From Ginglymostoma cirratum (Eukaryota), in the NCBI GenBank assembly GCA_024137785.1, contig JAHRHZ010000126.1, positions 274,719 through 338,718 of the forward strand: a DNA stretch of 64,000 nt, written 5' to 3'. Both the position numbers and the translations under genes were made by a program. This document shows, piece after piece, positions 11,136 to 24,129 of the stretch (its first letter is position 1; every line of letters begins with the position of its first letter). Below the pieces are notes generated by a model that worked only from the letters and a program-made list of their open reading frames with translations, had not been told where the DNA came from and did not search any database.

Positions 11136-12504
11136 ACTTCTTCGCTGAGAACAGAGTCGAAAATGTCCCTCCTTTGTAAACACATAAGCAAGTTCTTTAC
11201 TCGTCTCCTGAGCAGAGTTTCTGCTGTTCTTTAGGTTGTTACAATATCACAGAAGGGCCTGCTATATGTATTATTTGCAAGGTCTTAAACTTACAAAGGA
11301 TTTATAGGTTCCTCTAAAGCAAGACAAGTTGAAAAGTTAGAGACACAAGCTTATGTCTCTATATGAATGACACATTTGAGAGTTCAAGCGACTATCTGCA
11401 TGTCCCAAATGTGGACCATTTTTCTATTAAGAATGATTGTTGGACAATAGAACACATGTAACATGCAATTTTCCTTTTATTTCATAATATACTCCTTATG
11501 GAAATTAAATGGAAGATAAATGAACTATGTGCTCCCTCTAGGCACATCCTAAGAGTGTTTAATAATTTTGCTTCCTTTGAAAATGAAACCTATTGGGTGG
11601 AAATTCTTCAGCAAAAACACTGGTTTGTGCGATTTTCTCAGGGTTGCCATTGGTCTTCCACAAAAGTTAGGTTGACCACTTGGGACAATCTGACAGAACA
11701 TTCAATCACAGTTATACATCTTCCAGGGCATCTATTTCTTTGGGATTTCTCTTGCTTCCCCAACGTAAATCATTTTTCTGTTAAAACGTCCACCAAAAGT
11801 TATAAAGTCAGAGAGGGAGAAACCCTGAGGAAATTCAACCTATTTATGTCTTACATTTTCTGATGACTTTAAGACCTAGAGACAAAAAAAGAGAACATGA
11901 CAGCACAACTCTAGCACAAAAAAGGCTGAAAACCAAATGTCTGTGATGATGAGATTCATATTTTCCATTCTCATAACACACTGCCTCTAGTGTAATACTT
12001 ATTTTTAATATTCTGAACTCCTTAAAGGTAGCAAAGTAACAACCTCTACTGAATTCCTTATTCATCTGGAGTATGCTTAGCATCGAAAGAAGCTTTCTCC
12101 TTGAGTAAATACTGAGGCAGAAGCTATGTATTGCCTCATCCTCTCCTGCCTGTATAATAGAAGCTATGAATTAAGTGGCAAAACAGCTTACTAATCATCA
12201 ATATTCAAAGACTTTGTCATTAGGTATGTGAGTCAAGTACTTATTTTTCCCTCATGTTGTAAAATTAAAGCTCACCTTCCTTTCTGTCAAGGTCATCTTA
12301 TCAAAAGGACCAAGAAACACTCTTCCTTGAAGTGAATCTTCCTCTCCATTTAAAAATAAAAGTGTTATAATGGACTATATACAATTTCAATCACCTCTTA
12401 CGTCAAGGATTATGCATTATCAAAATTTAAGAAATCAGCATTTCAGAAAAGAACACTGAAATCAAAGTTCTCTTTTCAAATAAAATTATGAATTACATAA
12501 AAAT

Positions 12505-14900
12505 TAGAGAGGTGGACCATTCAGCTTCTCGAGCCTGCTCTACTATTTAATAAGGTTATCGTTGATCTGGTCATGTCATTAACACCACTTTACTGATTGG
12601 AAGCCTGCCTACCCCCACTTGAAGACAAATTTTGTTTCTTACTAATCGGAAATCTAACTCAGCCTTGAATATATTCAGCGACCCAAACTCTATTGCTCTC
12701 CGTGAAAGAGAATTCCACAAGCTAACAATCCTCAGAGATTAAAAAAAAAACTCGTCTCAGTCTTAAACGGGAGACCTGTAAATTTTAACCTGCGTTGCCT
12801 AGTTCTATTCACCACCACAAAAAACAAACAAACATTCTCCCACAACCCCAAATTCCCTCAGGATTTCATGTAATTCAACCAAAGCACATTACATTCTTCT
12901 GAACTACAACAGGTATAGGCACAACATGAATAACCTTTTCTCAAAAAAAAACTCTACATGCCAGGAATCGATTCAGTCAACCTTTTCTGAATTGCTTCTA
13001 ATGCAATGATATCCTTTCTAAAGTAAAGAGACCAAAACCGTCCACTATACTCCAGATGCAGTGAAAAGCTCTGTACAGATGTAGCAACACATCCTTCCTT
13101 TTGTACTCAATTCCCTTTACAAAAATAAAAAGAACATTCCATTTGCCTTCTGAATTTCATACGGAACTTGCGTTACCTTTTTGTGAGTTGCATATCAGAG
13201 CACACATATCCCTGTGCACTACTGTTCTGCAGTATTTCTCTTCAACTAAAATAATTTCCTACTTTATCTGCCAATGTGGACAAGTTCATATTTTACCGCA
13301 TTAGACTCCAACTGCCAAATTTTTGCTGCTGACCGAACCTATTTGAATTCTGCTGCAGGCTTTAATATCCTCTTGATAATGTACTTTCCCATCTGTCTTT
13401 GTGTTGCTAAATTTAGTAATCATACATTTGGTCCCTTCATCTAAATCATTGATATAGATCGTAAATTGTTGAGGCTCCAGTATTGAACCTTGTGTCACTC
13501 CACTAGTAACAACTTGTCAACTCAAAACTGATTCATTTAGTCCTAATCTGTGCTTCATATTAGTTAACCAATACAATCTCAGATGTTACCCAGACATCAT
13601 GAGCTCTTACTTTGTGTAGTGACTTCAGATGTAGCACCATAATAAATTTCTTTCGGAAATCCAAGTATACCACTTTCCCCTTTGTCCAACTTTCATTTTA
13701 CTTCCTCAAAAAAAAAACCCTCTAATAAATTAATCAAACATAATTTCCCTTTCAAAACAACATGCTGGTTCTGCCTGACTGTATCATGATTTTCTAAATG
13801 TCATGTTATTACCTCGTTAATCATGGACTGTAGCATTTTTGCAATAACAATTGAGTTTAAGGAGCAATAGTTTACTGCTCCAGCTCCCTTCTTTCTTCAG
13901 TGAAGGTATAACAAACCAATTTTCCAATCTGCTGTCACCTTTCAATAGAGGGAATTTTGGAACATCACAACAAGTACATCTGTACAGCCCTTCTTCAATG
14001 ACTGGGATACAAACCACCAGGTCCCAGGGACTTCACAACTATCATTTCTAATAGCTTTCCCTGTATTTTGTCTCGTTGGTACTCTTGGATTGTGATTATT
14101 TAAGTCACTCCCTTTTTTTTGGAAACCAATTGATTGTCTTATTGTATCTTCTACAGTGAGGACAGACAAAATTTCAATTCAACGCTTTCACCATTTTCTT
14201 GTTTCTCGTTGTCAATAACCTAGTGTCGTCCTATACGTGACCAACAGTCACTTAGTTACTCTTGTCCTTTTTATATATCTACAGGATTTTTTTTCATATT
14301 TCCACCTAGCTTTCTCTCATATGTTTCTCCTGTCTTCTTTTTTATTTTTTAAAAGTATGTAATCCATTGCTGTATTCCAAAGTCCATTCAATCTTCTGAC
14401 CTACCTCTAAACTTTGCAGTATTGTGTCCCTTTACATTCAATTTGATTCCAACCTTAACTATCTTGGTTATCAAGAGAGAGTGCGTCCTTCTCATTTTTT
14501 TTTTCCAATGGAATATACATTTGCTGAGAGCTATGAACCACTTGAAACAGCCCTTATTTAATTTTAAGGCTTAATTTTTGAGTCTTAGACTCATACTTCT
14601 CAGTCACAAATAATATAGGATGACTGTGATGTTATGGCATATTATGACAACTGTAGCCTAGATGCTCCTTTACTGTTAGATCATAAATTAATTCTCTCTC
14701 ATTGCAAATTGTCACGTCAAAAATCGTCTGTTCCCTTGTTGGCATCAGTATGTACTGCTCAATTAACAATTTTTGAATAAACTCTGAGATCACCTTTCAG
14801 ACTAGCTTTGTTTATTTGAAGCATCCAATCTGAATGAAGATTAAAAATCAGTCACTGCTATTGTAGTACCTTTCCGACAAGGCACTACTCTTCTTTCTGC
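12505..14900 (-). mobile_element. Old long CR1 fragment
   Basis: ORF 13301-13498 TQGSILEPQQFTIYINDLDEGTKCMITKFSNTK (decayed PQGSVLGP..FADD); CR1 3' UTR near 12510-12720. Confidence 0.8.
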
Positions 14901-15367
14901 ATACTCGGTCCGACAGTATTAATAATATGCCATGGGTGTGGGTGTGTGCACGTGTTTGTGTGTGTGGGGGGCAGGGTATGAATTACTTTCGCTTCTTATC
15001 TTGCCAATTTCTTAACTCTATCCAAACTTCTGAACACAAATAATTTCTTTCAGCTGTACAAAAATTCTGAAGCTGTACGTTGGTTCCATAATCTGCAGTT
15101 TTTTTGGCCTTAGCTGCCCCCTCTTCACATTGTTGTGTAATTCTACTACATGCCCATCTCATATCATGGTGGTCTGAAGGATCTTAGCTTCTTCCTTGAA
15201 AACAGGTTTGAACAATCCTTGTCCACCCCACTGTCACTAGCTTCTAGGGCTCTAAATGGAGTTCTGCAACTTCAAGGTATGGCTTCTACACTCCATTAAT
15301 TCTTCTATTCTCCTCCAGCTGTGCCTTCTTTACATTTTGTTGGCTTTGTTCTCAGTGGAGTGGACCC

Positions 15368-15514
15368 ATTTTTGTGGTGCAGTGGTAATGACCTTTCCTC
15401 TGATGTAGGAGGTCTAGATTCAACTCCCACATGCTCCAAAAGGTGCATAATAACATCTTTGAACATGTTGGTTAGGAAATATCTGTAAATGTACAACACA
15501 TCAGTAAGCAAGGT
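15368..15514 (+). mobile_element. Short tRNA-headed SINE-like repeat
   Basis: TGGTGCAGTGG A-box-like and GATTCAACTCC B-box-like motifs; inverted homolog at 16379-16515. Confidence 0.6.
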
Positions 15515-15670
15515 CAGAGCTAACATTTACACATATTTTACATACCTATCAATGCTTTAGCATCATGGTGACTGGCTTTGAGTTTTGATCCAAACACGCA
15601 TACCGCCTGTTCTGGTTGCTCCTCTCCTCCCTCTGTCACACGCATAAAAAGAAAATCCCCAGCTCCATTT

Positions 15671-15778
15671 AGTTCTGAAGATGATTCAGACTTTATTTGA
15701 AAAGGTTAACTCTGTTTCACTATTCACAGATATTGCCAGACTTGCTGAGTTTCTCTAGTACTTTCTATTTTGTTTCAA
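15671..15778 (+). mobile_element. Penelope-related terminal repeat (second family) with decayed hammerhead
   Basis: AGTT-CTGAAGA...GAAAAGGTT-AACT followed by CACAGATATTGCCAGACTTGCTGAG. Confidence 0.6.
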
Positions 15779-16378
15779 AGTTCTGTCAGAACTGGACAGA
15801 CCAGATTAAGGCATGATGTTTCCCCTGGCTGTGGGGTTCTAAAATGAGGGGTCAAAGTCTCATGGTTCAGAGTTGGTCATTTTGGATTGGGATAAAGACA
15901 CATTTCTTCCCTCACATCAGAGAATCTGTTGAATCATCTACTAGCTAGGCTGTGGAAACCAAGCATCTGAATTTGTTTAAAGTAGATTTCTTGAAATGTG
16001 TTAGTTGGTATGGAGAGAGAGTGAGAGTATGACTTTCTGCTAAAGGATTAGCCATGGTCATTCTCAAAGGCAGAGCACGTTAAATGGGATGAATAGTCTT
16101 TTCTTGCTCCTATTTTCTAATGTCTATATAATGTATCCTTAATTAGCAGAGTTATAACACCACTTTATTTGTTCTTGTCCTCCCAAAATGAGAAAACCTT
16201 TCAACATAGAGTTCCCAGTCTTAGTCATCTTGCAACCATGATTCTGAAATGGCTATAAAGATTATATATACTTGTTTTTAATCTGTGCTATCAATTCATC
16301 CGTTTCATCATGATTGTTGTGTACATTCTGAATGAGAACCTTTAATTGTGTATTTTTATCATTCTTGCAAACCTCAGG

Positions 16379-16515
16379 CCTTGATGGCTGATGTGCTCTA
16401 CATTTACAGATATTTCCTAAACAACCTGTTCAAAGATGTTATTACTCACTTTTGGAGCAGGTGGGAGTTGAATTTGGGCATCTTAGATCAAAGGCAAAAT
16501 CACTACCACTGCAAC
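16379..16515 (-). mobile_element. Short tRNA-headed SINE-like repeat
   Basis: Reverse complement aligns with 15368-15514 (GGAAATATCTGTAAATGTA shared exactly). Confidence 0.6.
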
Positions 16516-16835
16516 CCTCACCCTTTATTTCTATGCCCTGTCTCCCTTCCAAACTCTAGTTATCATTATCTATATTGTTAACCTACTATATTGACTTATC
16601 CTTTCATTAACTTACTAAATCTCTCTTCATGATATCTTCCCTCTCAACTGCCCTACCCACCACCACTATCCAACACAAGTCCCACACTATTTAGATTGAA
16701 GCCCTCTCTACCTTACTTGCTGTTTGATTCAAAAGAACACCGGTCCCAGCATGGTTTAAATAAAGTCCATCCGAATAGTACAGCCCATACCTTCTCCAGC
16801 AATATACAGGAGGAAAAACACAGAGATAACTTTGG

Positions 16836-17059
16836 AGATAAAAGGTACTGCAGATGCTGGAGAATCCGAGATAACAAGCATGGGGTTGGATGAACACAGC
16901 AGGTCAAGCAGCATCATAGGAGCAGGAAAATTTGATGTTTCGGGCCTAAACCCTTCATCAGAAATGGGGGAGGGGAAGAGGGTTCTGAAATAAATAGGGA
17001 GAGAGGGGGAGGTGGATAGAGGATGGATAGAGGAGAGGATAGGTGGAGAGGAGGCAGAC
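16836..17059 (-). mobile_element. Penelope 3' terminal fragment with hammerhead core (16934-16961)
   Basis: Near-identical to 55618-55794; CTGATGAAGGGTTTAGGCCCGAAACATC on minus. Confidence 0.85.
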
Positions 17060-17064
17060 CTTGT

Positions 17065-17180
17065 CCAGACTCAAAACATTAACTGTTTTCTTCGCACAAA
17101 ATGCTGCCAGACCTGCTGAGTTTCTGCGGCAATTTCATTTTTTGTTTCATATCTCCAGCATCCGCAGTTCTTTGCTTTAT
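17065..17180 (+). mobile_element. Penelope-related terminal repeat (second family)
   Basis: AAAACATTAACTG...ATGCTGCCAGACCTGCTGAGTTTCTGCGGCAATTTC...CCAGCATCCGCAGTTC. Confidence 0.65.
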
Positions 17181-17624
17181 CCTAAGAAAATATAACTGGC
17201 TAGAATTTCGATGGAGACTGCCCAAATTGTTACCACAATTTCAGCACAGTATTGGAGGAAATCCAAGAGAATTTGTGATTGATTAGCTAAGGGGCCATCC
17301 AAATGAACATTCTTGCTAAAATTTTAACCACATAAAAGCCTTACAGAACTAAGGATTATAAAATAATGCAAAAATTAGAGGTAACATTGTAAAATAATAT
17401 GGTTTTGCTAATAACTATACATATGCAAATGGGACTATGCTTGTCAAGCCTAAAGTGTGCTTAACTAATAGGTCAGCCTTCTAGTTTAAAGTCCAGCACG
17501 TGTCATCTCACTTCAAAATTTTATATGTGTAATGACAACTAAATACGACCAAACTGGGTAGACGTGACTGAATTTCAACTACTCCATTTAAAAAGTACAG
17601 TCTGGAATATTATGTACAGTTGCA

Positions 17625-18560
17625 AACCCTGCAAGTTCCTACCTAATGGCAATGTGGGTCTACTTACAGCAAATGGACTGCAGCAGTTCAAGAGATCAAC
17701 TCACCACCACCTTCTCAAAAGCAGCTAGGAATAAAAATAATGCTAGCCCAGCCAGTGATGCCAAAATCCTGTAAATTAATTTGGAAGAAAAATAGTCACT
17801 GGGGTTTACTGCTGTCAGGGAAAAAGTTCCAGGATGTTGACTCAGCAACAATAAGCAATCAGCAATATGGTTCCAAGTCATGATGGTGAGAGACCAGGAC
17901 AGGAACTTGCAGGTGGTGATGTTCCCATGCATCTGGGTGGTGTGATGTGCAGGCTTAGAAGCTGCTGTCTCCAGAGTCTTGTTGAGTTCCTGTAGTACAT
18001 CCTGGAGGAGGTACACACTGCTGCCACAGTGCATTGGTAGTGCAATGAGTGAAAATTGAAGGTGGTAATTGGAGCGCCACTCAAGTGCCGCCTTGTTCTA
18101 GATAGTGTCAAGCTACATGAGTGGTGTTAGAATTGCACTTATTTAGTTCACTGGGGAGTATCCATTCACACTCCTGACCCATGTCTTGTAAATACTGGAC
18201 AAGCACTAGGGAACCAGGAGCAGAGTTAACCATGCAAGGTTCCTAGTTTTTGACTTGCTCCTCTGGCTACGCTAGTTATAATAGCTAGTCCAGTTCAGTT
18301 TCTGGTCAATCATTAACCCTAACCTGAGGATGCAAATGGAGGGGGATTCAGTGATGATGACACCATTGAATGTCACGGGATGATGTCAGATTCTCTCTTG
18401 AAGATATCCATGGTCTGACATTTATATGACAGAAACTGTACCAGCCAGTTATTCCAAAGCTGAGATTGGATGTTGTCTGGGTGATTCTGCATTTGGACAT
18501 GCACTGTTTCAGTATCTGAGGAATGCTGAATATTACTGAACATAGGACCACATGAAAAGA
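17625..18560. mobile_element. Decayed CR1/L2-group LINE pieces: 3' end on plus (17625-17780), upstream part on minus (17800-18560)
   Basis: Homologous to 61975-62480; shares the GGACTGCAGCAGTTCAAG...CACCACCACCTTCTCAA tail. Confidence 0.6.
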
Positions 18561-18654
18561 GTCAGCCTTCCAGCCTGTCAAAATTTGCGCTGTCGTTTGA
18601 TATGGAGCCAGCGCCTTTAGTAACATTATCTTCACTACCAATGGTGTATTGGGT

Positions 18655-20090
18655 TATCAGAAACATAGGAACCTCTCCATTAAATATACACACAAAGGCA
18701 TAGCTCCCTCTGGGGTGGAAATTTCCAAAGTAAAAAAAAAAATTCTCATCCTGGTCCGAACTGGCATCACCCTCATATTTAAATTGTGCCCCTGGTTCTA
18801 GACTTCCCAAGCAGGGGAATCATCTTATCTGCAACTACCCTGTCCCTTTAAAGTGTTTTGTAGGTTTCAACAAGATCACTTCTCATTATTTGATACTCCA
18901 TGAAATACCGGCCCAATTTGCCCAATCACTCTTCATTGGACAGTCCCACCACTCTGGTGGACCTTTGTTGCACTCCCTCTATGGTAATCATATATTTCCT
19001 GAGATAAGGAGTCCAAAACTGCACACACTACACTAGGTGCAGTCTGATCAAGGTCCTATTGAAGACAGACTTCACTCCTCCTGAACTCAAATCCTCTTGT
19101 AATTAAAGATAACATTCTATTAGTCTTCCCAATGGCTTGTTGTACCGACATGTTATTCTTCAATTACGTATTGAAAAGGTCACCAAGGTCCCTCAGTACA
19201 TTAACACTTTCCACCTCTTACCATTGAAAAAATAATTGCATAACTTATTCTCTTACCAAAGTAAATAACCTCACATCTACCATGTATTTGCCCATTCAGT
19301 AAATCTATCCAAATCCTCCTGAACAGCTTTACAGCTTCCTCACAGCACATATTTCCAGTGAGCTTCGTTCCATCCATAGATTTGGAAATATTACATTTGA
19401 TCCCCTTTTCTAAACCATTGATACTTGTATTACGAACAGATAGGGCCCAGGTATTGATCCTTGCAGTACCCTACTAGCTACAGCCTGCCAACATACAAAA
19501 TGATTAATTTATTTCGACTCTTGGATTTTCTGTCTGTTAGCAAATCCATAATCCCATGTGATAGATCTCAAACTCCTTCTGAAAATCTAAGTATATTGCA
19601 TCCAGACACTCCCCTTTTAACATCTTCAAAAAAATTCCTGCTTGTCAAATATGATATTCCATTCACAAATCCATGCTGAGCACACCCAATCAGATCATTT
19701 TCATCCATGTGTCCTCTTATCATGTCCTTTATGATAAATTCTAGCTTTTTCCGACTCCTGATGTAAGGTTGATAGGTCTGCAGCTCCCTGTGGTCTCTCT
19801 TACTCCTTTCTTAAATATTAAGGTGACATTTTCCAGCTGCCAATCTACAGGAGTCATACCAGAATGTTTGGAATTTTGGAAAATGATAACCAATGCATTG
19901 TGCAATCAGCGGATGTGCCCACCTCTGACTTTTTGACAGGGTGAAGGTCAATGATGAAGGATCCAAAGGTGATTTGGCCCTTGATATTATCTTTAGGTAT
20001 TCTTGTAGCTATGTCCTGTAGTTGAGAAGACTGGTCTGCAACAACCACAACCATCTTCCTTTTGTGCAAGGTATGAATCCAACCAGCACA
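18655..20090 (-). mobile_element. Old CR1-group LINE fragments
   Basis: CR1 3' UTR near 18660-18830; decayed QHGF region near 19660-19680; ORF 19854-20069 RKMVVVVADQSSQLQDIATRIPKDNIKG (decayed PQGS region). Confidence 0.65.
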
Positions 20091-20406
20091 GAGTTTGAAT
20101 CTAACCAGAGGTGATAAGAATAGAAAAGATGATTTTTTTTTTCCCCTTAAAAGGCATGAAACCTGGAAATGTTGATGCTCAAATAGATCTGGCTGCGCTT
20201 ATACAAAGAACACAAAGTTAGCATTGGAGCAACATCAGCATGATGTCAGTCACATGATTATCTCCAAACAAACTGGAAGGGAGCAGAAATGCTATCAAGG
20301 TCTTCAGGAAATATGCGTTTAGATTATGTTGTAGAACAAAGTTCTTGCAGGAAGTTCCATGATCTCAGCTGTATTACACTGGAAGAGTAGATGAGTTAGA
20401 CCCTAT

Positions 20407-20408
<2 letters not shown>

Positions 20409-20444
<36 letters not shown>
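20409..20444. repeat. (AC)18 microsatellite
   Basis: Direct reading. Confidence 0.97.
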
Positions 20445-20448
<4 letters not shown>

Positions 20449-20454
20449 CAAAGC

Positions 20455-20735
20455 AGCATGCTGGAAATTTGACGCAAGTGCAGAAAATGCGGGAGAAACT
20501 CAGCTGGTCTGGAAGTATCTGTGAGACAGAAAAACTGAGTTGATCTTTCCATCATGACTCATTTTGATAAATTGTTCTTTTTTCCGCCTCTGCTTCTATC
20601 AAAAGTATTAAAACAAAACTACTTTTCCACAATTTCCAGTTCTGAAGTCGTCATACTAGGCTCAAAACAATAGCTGAATTTCTCTCCACATATGAATTTC
20701 TTCAGCATTCTCTGTGCTTGTTTTAGCATTCCAAC
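20455..20735. mobile_element. Inverted pair of decayed Penelope-related terminal repeats
   Basis: Minus unit 20455-20545 (GGAGAAACTCAGCTGGTCTGGAAGTATCTGTGAG) and plus unit from CCAGTTCTGAAG at ~20636. Confidence 0.5.
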
Positions 20736-22199
20736 TTTTATTACAAGGGTCGTCAGTACAGCAATAGAGGAATAAATGCTTTATGAAAATATGAAAGATT
20801 TTGGTCAGATTATGCCTGGAACACCAGGTGCATTTTAGTCTCCATATGGAAATAATGATATAGTTGCATTGGACACCGTACAGCAAAGAGTTACCAGACT
20901 GGTCTCTGGGATATGAAGAACTGCTTAACACTTTATTTAACGGTAAAGTTTCAGTTTTATAAAGTTGCTTCCTGGATGCTGAACATGAGCACATTATCGT
21001 ATCTTGAATAGCAACTGAGCAACAGAGGATCTTCACAGTTAGCAAACAGTTCTTTGACAATTTATCATGTCAGTCAACATCAACTTACCATTTGTCAAAA
21101 CATTCTACAGGGAGATTGCAATTAAACATGTATTTAAATAAAATAGTAAAGGATTTGCTTCTAAAATGAACTCTAATGAGATAGTCTATAAAATTAGAAA
21201 CGCAGTAATGGAGTTGTCACTCCACTAAGACCATAACATGTGGCAGCAGGATAGTTTCTTTAGTTATCAGGGTGATGTGAGATAATTATTGAAAGTCTTA
21301 CGTAATTAAGTTGTGTATAATAATGTTTTTAGAGTTAATTTAGCAATATCTAACAAGTATACAATAGTCCAATCTTTTATGTAGAATATTTCATGATTTA
21401 CTGCAATGAGTTAACATCTAATGACTCGTGAATTCAACTTGAAAAAAAGCCTTCACTCTTTATCTGCAGGCAACTATTCTTTACATTTATTAGGTCGCTC
21501 ATTAACAGCCCAAAAGTAGAAAATTCCACTATTTCTTTAGATTGTCAACTATCTATGCAAAGTGAGATTTTCACAGCTCCCTCTTGAACTCGTTCTACAC
21601 ATCTGAGATCAAAGAGAACGGCCTTCGTTTTGTTTGAGGAAGTCACTTATATCTGTCAACTATCAGGTCAGCACGACAGTCACCTTTACTTCTCCCGGTC
21701 TTATCGGAATATTTGATGGACTCCAAAGACATGGAGTCAGTGGTATCAGGGCTGGGCTTTAACTTTGCAATGAGCTGGCAGGAAAGGAGCTTAGCACCAT
21801 GGGAAACCCAAAGGTTTCAGAAGTGTATATGTAAGTGAACTTTTATTGCAGGAACTAAATACACATTTGACATTTTTAAGTTTGTTTAATTTGCTGCATG
21901 AACAAAATAATCGTTCCTTTTGTTCCCACAATATCAATTTCTCTCTCTTTCATGGTCTTCTCCCATGATTAATAGTAAGAAAAGAGTGACATTTGAACAA
22001 TGGATATATGTTGAGTGTACGATTACTTTCTATTGAGAAATGGGGATGTTACACTATTCATCAGATCATTTCTTAAAAGGCGAACCAACAAGGTCAGTCT
22101 CTGAATACCAGCAAAACCAAACAAACTGAACACGCAAAACAGAAAAACATGAAATTACAGTTTTGTGGTCGAGTAGAAAGCACTGGCTATGATCTGGAT

Positions 22200-22680
22200 C
22201 AGGATTTTTGGCAGTCACCTTAAAAGTCAAGAATATTGATATTAAATCTTGTCTTCATTCCACAGCAGCCAATACTGTACCAGCTGACACTGTGGAATGG
22301 CTGGACATTGATGCCCTTAAACATCTGTTGTAAGAATTAAAGGTCTTGCAGGCAAAATACCTCCAGTTAAAGCCTGTTTTGTAGAAACACTTACCTATGA
22401 TGGCTTACAAACCTGTCTATGTCTCACACAATCTGACTAACTGCTTATTAAGTTGGCTTACATGTACATTATTAGGTCTTCTATAGCTGGTACAAGACAC
22501 TCCATGCCAAGATGACGGCTACATTTCATTTGTGAAAAGTCACCCCAGATACTCCAGAAATATGAACTTCTGGACCAAAATTCTTGAATGACACTTCTTC
22601 CATGATTTATCCCCAATTTTCCAAACCACTTCATACCAAGTAGACTGGACAATGTCTGGAAAAAGTGCCTCTGCTATTTC
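22200..22680 (-). mobile_element. Very decayed Gypsy-like pol fragment
   Basis: SSLLGMKWFGKLGIN resembles the protease-end PSLLGRxW motif; GACTTTTAAGGTGACT (minus, ~22215-22230) resembles RT DFKVT with a frameshift. Confidence 0.4.
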
Positions 22681-23136
22681 AAAAGTCTGATAAACCGCAG
22701 TGTACAACTCACCCAACAACGCTTGAAGAGGACAAACCTATCTAAATCAGAAGCTTCTCGACAAGATAAGCATCTAGCGGGGGGATCCAGAGAATACGAG
22801 ACCATTAGCCTAGTTGCAGCATTTCAGTAAGAAATTTCAGAGTAAGTCATTGCACCAAAAGCTCCTTGGCTTTCTTCCAGACCAGGATGAGCAGAATTAT
22901 CCAAGTACTGCAACGATAATGCCAATCCATCAGGTAAACTGTGCTAACAAAGCATCCCCGCATGAGATTATCAAAGATGTTACTGAACTACCACTTGTGT
23001 AGAAGGAGGTCGCAATGATCTTCCAACATCAACATATAGACTAATCCTAATGATATCTTATAGATTTTGCAGGATAACACAGTACAATAAACTTTGCACT
23101 TACTAAAAGGTTCCTTAGCAGTACTTGGCAAGCACA

Positions 23137-23352
23137 GCGTGGGTTTCCTCCAGTCTCCTCCCACTGTCCAAAGATGTGCAGGCTAGGTGGATTGGCTATG
23201 CTAAATTGCCCATAGTGTTCAGGGATGTTTGGGTTAGGTGGGTTAGACAAGGGAAATGCAGGAGCATTGGGTCTGGGTGGGGTGCTCTTTGGAGGGGCAG
23301 TGTGGACTTCTTGGGTTGAATGGCCTGTTTCCACACTGTAGGGATTCTATGA
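23137..23352 (+). mobile_element. HE1-type SINE, 5'-truncated
   Basis: GCGTGGGTTTCCTCC...CCAAAGATGTGCAGGCTAGGTGGATTGG...CTGTAGGGATTCTATG. Confidence 0.88.
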
Positions 23353-24129
23353 AATAAAAATGATAGGTGGAATCAAATATTTTTGGCTCAGTCTGTTTTG
23401 CGTTGGGTTTCTTGGAAGGCTTTTTTGACTGGAGGCTGAGCAAGTTTTCTTGGCCGATCTACTAAACCTACCTCATTAATTACCAACCATGCCCCAATGG
23501 AGTCTTCAATTCTATTTCGGACCCATGTCAGCACACACCATTCTCAGAGCAATTCGTCCCTCTTAGATATTCTCCAAAACGTCAGCATCACTTGCAGCAC
23601 CTCTGCCACCTCTAAAAGGTCACTGTCGACCTGGACAAGACAGTTGGCAGTCTGGGATTTCTCCCCATCGACAAAGTAATGGTACAACAGCCACAAACCC
23701 ATGATGCTCACAACTCTTAAGCCAATACGGCTGACACTCCATCGCATACACAAGCCTTTTCTATCAATCTAGGCACTGTTTAACCACGAGACCCCAAAGT
23801 ATTCTCATCCTTGGTTACATTCCATCTAATCACTCTTCCTAAGTCATCACTATTGTCCTGAATTCACATGTGACACTCACATCTTGTCACGAACCAGGTG
23901 GGGAATATCATGGATAGGCGAACAATCAGACAATTACAAAGAAAAATGTCAACTTTTAACTACGGAAAGAGAAAGAACAGATGCTGAACTGCAGTCCCAT
24001 AATGCCAACCAGAGTTAGGTACAGTGATGAAAACAAAAACACAATGACAGTCTGCTGCACCAGCACTCTTTTATCAGAAATAGCTGTCAACGAAAGTCTG
24101 TCTGACTTGTAGCATCCATCACAGCTGGG

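Noticed and set aside
11498-11863. 121-aa plus ORF
   Set aside because: No motifs or splice support; plausible by chance in 64 kb
20662-21060. 132-aa minus ORF
   Set aside because: Antisense to decayed CR1 and Penelope-related repeats
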